In this document: one piece after another, positions 25,555 through 27,117 of the stretch
How positions within the stretch are numbered: position 1 is the first letter of the stretch
Layout: every line of letters begins with the position of its first letter
Origin: a virus
Lineage: Duplodnaviria; Caudoviricetes
Direction: 5' to 3' (one strand)
DNA length: 27,117 nucleotides
IMG/VR virus record: IMGVR_UViG_3300034106_001095
Span: 1 to 27,117 of that record
Notes under the pieces: model-generated
The model's database searches: none
What the model was told of the DNA's origin: nothing
The model's input: only the letters and a program-made list of their open reading frames with translations
Translations under genes and position numbers: made by a program

Positions 25555-25690
25555 ACCACCCGTACCCCCCAACTCACGGCGTGGATGCCTCTGCAAAGAC
25601 GGCACCTACTCCCGAAAATGCTGCGACCCGAATGATATGTGGGCGCAAGGAATCGGATTTATCGGAGGCAAAAATACCCAAAACCCCTAA
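25538..25690 (+). CDS. Small Cys-rich protein, 50 aa (RGCLCKDGTYSRKCCD...QGIG)
   Basis: Read manually; lies between the protease and scaffold genes. Confidence 0.7.
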   Translation: MKNNPKPPVPPNSRRGCLCKDGTYSRKCCDPNDMWAQGIGFIGGKNTQNP

Positions 25691-25707
25691 TCTCTAATTA
25701 TTATACT

Positions 25708-26259
25708 ATGAACTTGAACGACATTTTCAAGAAAATTGAGTTCGCTCTGCAACCCGAAGCGGTTGCCCTTGCGAGCGCAAAGTTGGCTGATGGTACTATG
25801 GTGGAAGCCGAGGTACTTGAGGCAGGTCAAAACATCTTCCTTATCGGAAGCGAAGGCGAGAAGGTGGCTGTACCCGTTGGTGAATACCAAATGGAGGACG
25901 GTCGCATCTTGGTCGTGACGGAAGAAGGCGTGATTGCCGAAATCAAAGAGAAGGCAGAGGAAGCAGAGCAGGAAGTGACCATCGAGGTCGAGGCCGCTGC
26001 TGAACCTACCCTCCCAGAGATGATGGCGATGATTCAATCCCTCAAAGAGGAGGTTGAAATGATGAAGGCAGAAATGGGCAACAAAGAAGAACTGTCCGTG
26101 GAAGTCGAGAAAGAGGAGGAAGTGAAAGAGGTGGTAATGGCCGCAGAGAAGCCCATCGTGGCTGCCCCTGTCGAGGTTAAACCCGAACTGAAATTCCAAA
26201 TCGGTGCGAAGCGTACTGCGACAACCGCAGACCGAGTATTCAACAAATTATTTAACTAA
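25708..26259 (+). CDS. Capsid scaffolding protein
   Basis: Highly acidic; LADGT and PVGEY..EDG motifs; coiled coil; directly precedes the capsid gene. Confidence 0.7.
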   Translation: MNLNDIFKKIEFALQPEAVALASAKLADGTMVEAEVLEAGQNIFLIGSEGEKVAVPVGEYQMEDGRILVVTEEGVIAEIKEKAEEAEQEVTIEVEAAAEPTLPEMMAMIQSLKEEVEMMKAEMGNKEELSVEVEKEEEVKEVVMAAEKPIVAAPVEVKPELKFQIGAKRTATTADRVFNKLFN

Positions 26260-26275
26260 CCCCCCCACATAGATA

Positions 26276-27117
26276 ATGGCAACGACCACTTCTATCACGA
26301 CCACTTACGCTGGTCAGTTTGCAGGCCAGTACATCTCTGCTGCCCTGTTGAGCGGTGACACCATCGCAAAAGGCGGCTTGACTGTCAAGCCAAACATCAA
26401 ATTCAAAGAAGTAATCAAGCGTGTAGAGCTGGATGGTATCGTAAAAGACCAGACCTGCGACTTCACCGACACTTCCACTTTGACCTTGACCGAGCGCATC
26501 TTGCAGCCCGAGTTCTTGCAGGTTAACTTGGAGTTGTGCAAGAGCGACTTCGAGAGCGATTGGGAAGCCATCCAAATGGGCTACTCCGCTTTTGACGTTC
26601 TGCCCAAGAACTTCGTTGACTACTTCATCGCCTACAACTCTGCTAAAGTAGCCGAGTGGATCGAGCAGAAAATCTGGACTGGTGCTACTGCCAACGCAGG
26701 TGAGTTCAACGGCTTCCAAGCGTTGCTTGCTGCTGACTCTACTGTCATTGACGTAACTGCTGCAACTGCTGGCGTATCTTCTTCCAACGTCATCGCTGAA
26801 TTGGGCAAGGTTGTAGACGCTATCCCTACCGCATTGTTCGGTAAGGAAGACCTGCACATCTACATCCCGACCAACGTGATGAAGGCATACGTCCGTGCAT
26901 TGGGCGGATTCGGTGCTTCTGGCTTGGGTGCTGCGGGTGTGGACTCAAAAGGTTCTACGTGGTTCAACAACCAAGAGCTGATGTTCGAAGGTATCAAGTT
27001 GTTCCACGCTCCTGGTCTTGGTTCAAACAAAATGGTTGCAGGTCAGAAGTCAAACTTGTACTTCGGCTGCGGGCTTTTGAGCGATACCAACGAAGTCAAG
27101 GTGCTGGATATGAGCGA
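26276..27117 (+). CDS. Major capsid protein (3'-truncated)
   Basis: ORF MATTTSITTTYAGQFAGQYISAALLSG... absent from the ORF track because it has no stop in the window; strongly biased codons; follows protease and scaffold. Confidence 0.8.
   Translation, partial: MATTTSITTTYAGQFAGQYISAALLSGDTIAKGGLTVKPNIKFKEVIKRVELDGIVKDQTCDFTDTSTLTLTERILQPEFLQVNLELCKSDFESDWEAIQMGYSAFDVLPKNFVDYFIAYNSAKVAEWIEQKIWTGATANAGEFNGFQALLAADSTVIDVTAATAGVSSSNVIAELGKVVDAIPTALFGKEDLHIYIPTNVMKAYVRALGGFGASGLGAAGVDSKGSTWFNNQELMFEGIKLFHAPGLGSNKMVAGQKSNLYFGCGLLSDTNEVKVLDMS

Noticed and set aside
473-26859. Numerous minus-strand ORFs of 60-230 aa
   Set aside because: All are antisense shadows of well-supported plus-strand genes, with no recognisable motifs.
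1-27117. Stop-codon reassignment
   Set aside because: Genes are full length and densely packed under the standard code, and TAA, TAG and TGA all end genes.

Overview
A segment of a tailed dsDNA phage genome, most consistent with a Bacteroidota (Flavobacteria-like) host: no Shine-Dalgarno motifs are evident, start contexts are A-rich, and TTTG-N20-TAnnTTTG-like promoters are present. About 55 tightly packed genes all lie on the + strand. In order: portal C-terminus (truncated), head-tail adaptor, fibre protein, free-standing GIY-YIG/NUMOD3 endonuclease, lysis cassette (two small membrane proteins, M15 peptidase, u-spanin-like lipoprotein), an AT-rich palindromic intergenic region, an early/replication region (RusA-like, SSB-like, SF4 helicase, DnaA-like HTH, ECF-like sigma factor, PD-(D/E)XK nucleases, DNA methyltransferase, DUF3310, HNH), terminase flanked by two glycosyltransferases, a -1 frameshift gene, tail genes, tape measure, XkdF-like protease, scaffold and major capsid (truncated). 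The most notable unexplained structure is an RNA-level module. The 10-mer AAAACCAATC sits 2-6 nt upstream of the ATG of five early genes. Its single exact reverse complement (GATTGGTTTT) lies in the SSB 3' UTR, followed by a G/C hairpin and a 64-nt minimal tRNA-like fold with a CAU loop. All product calls are from motif recognition by eye; no database searches were run.
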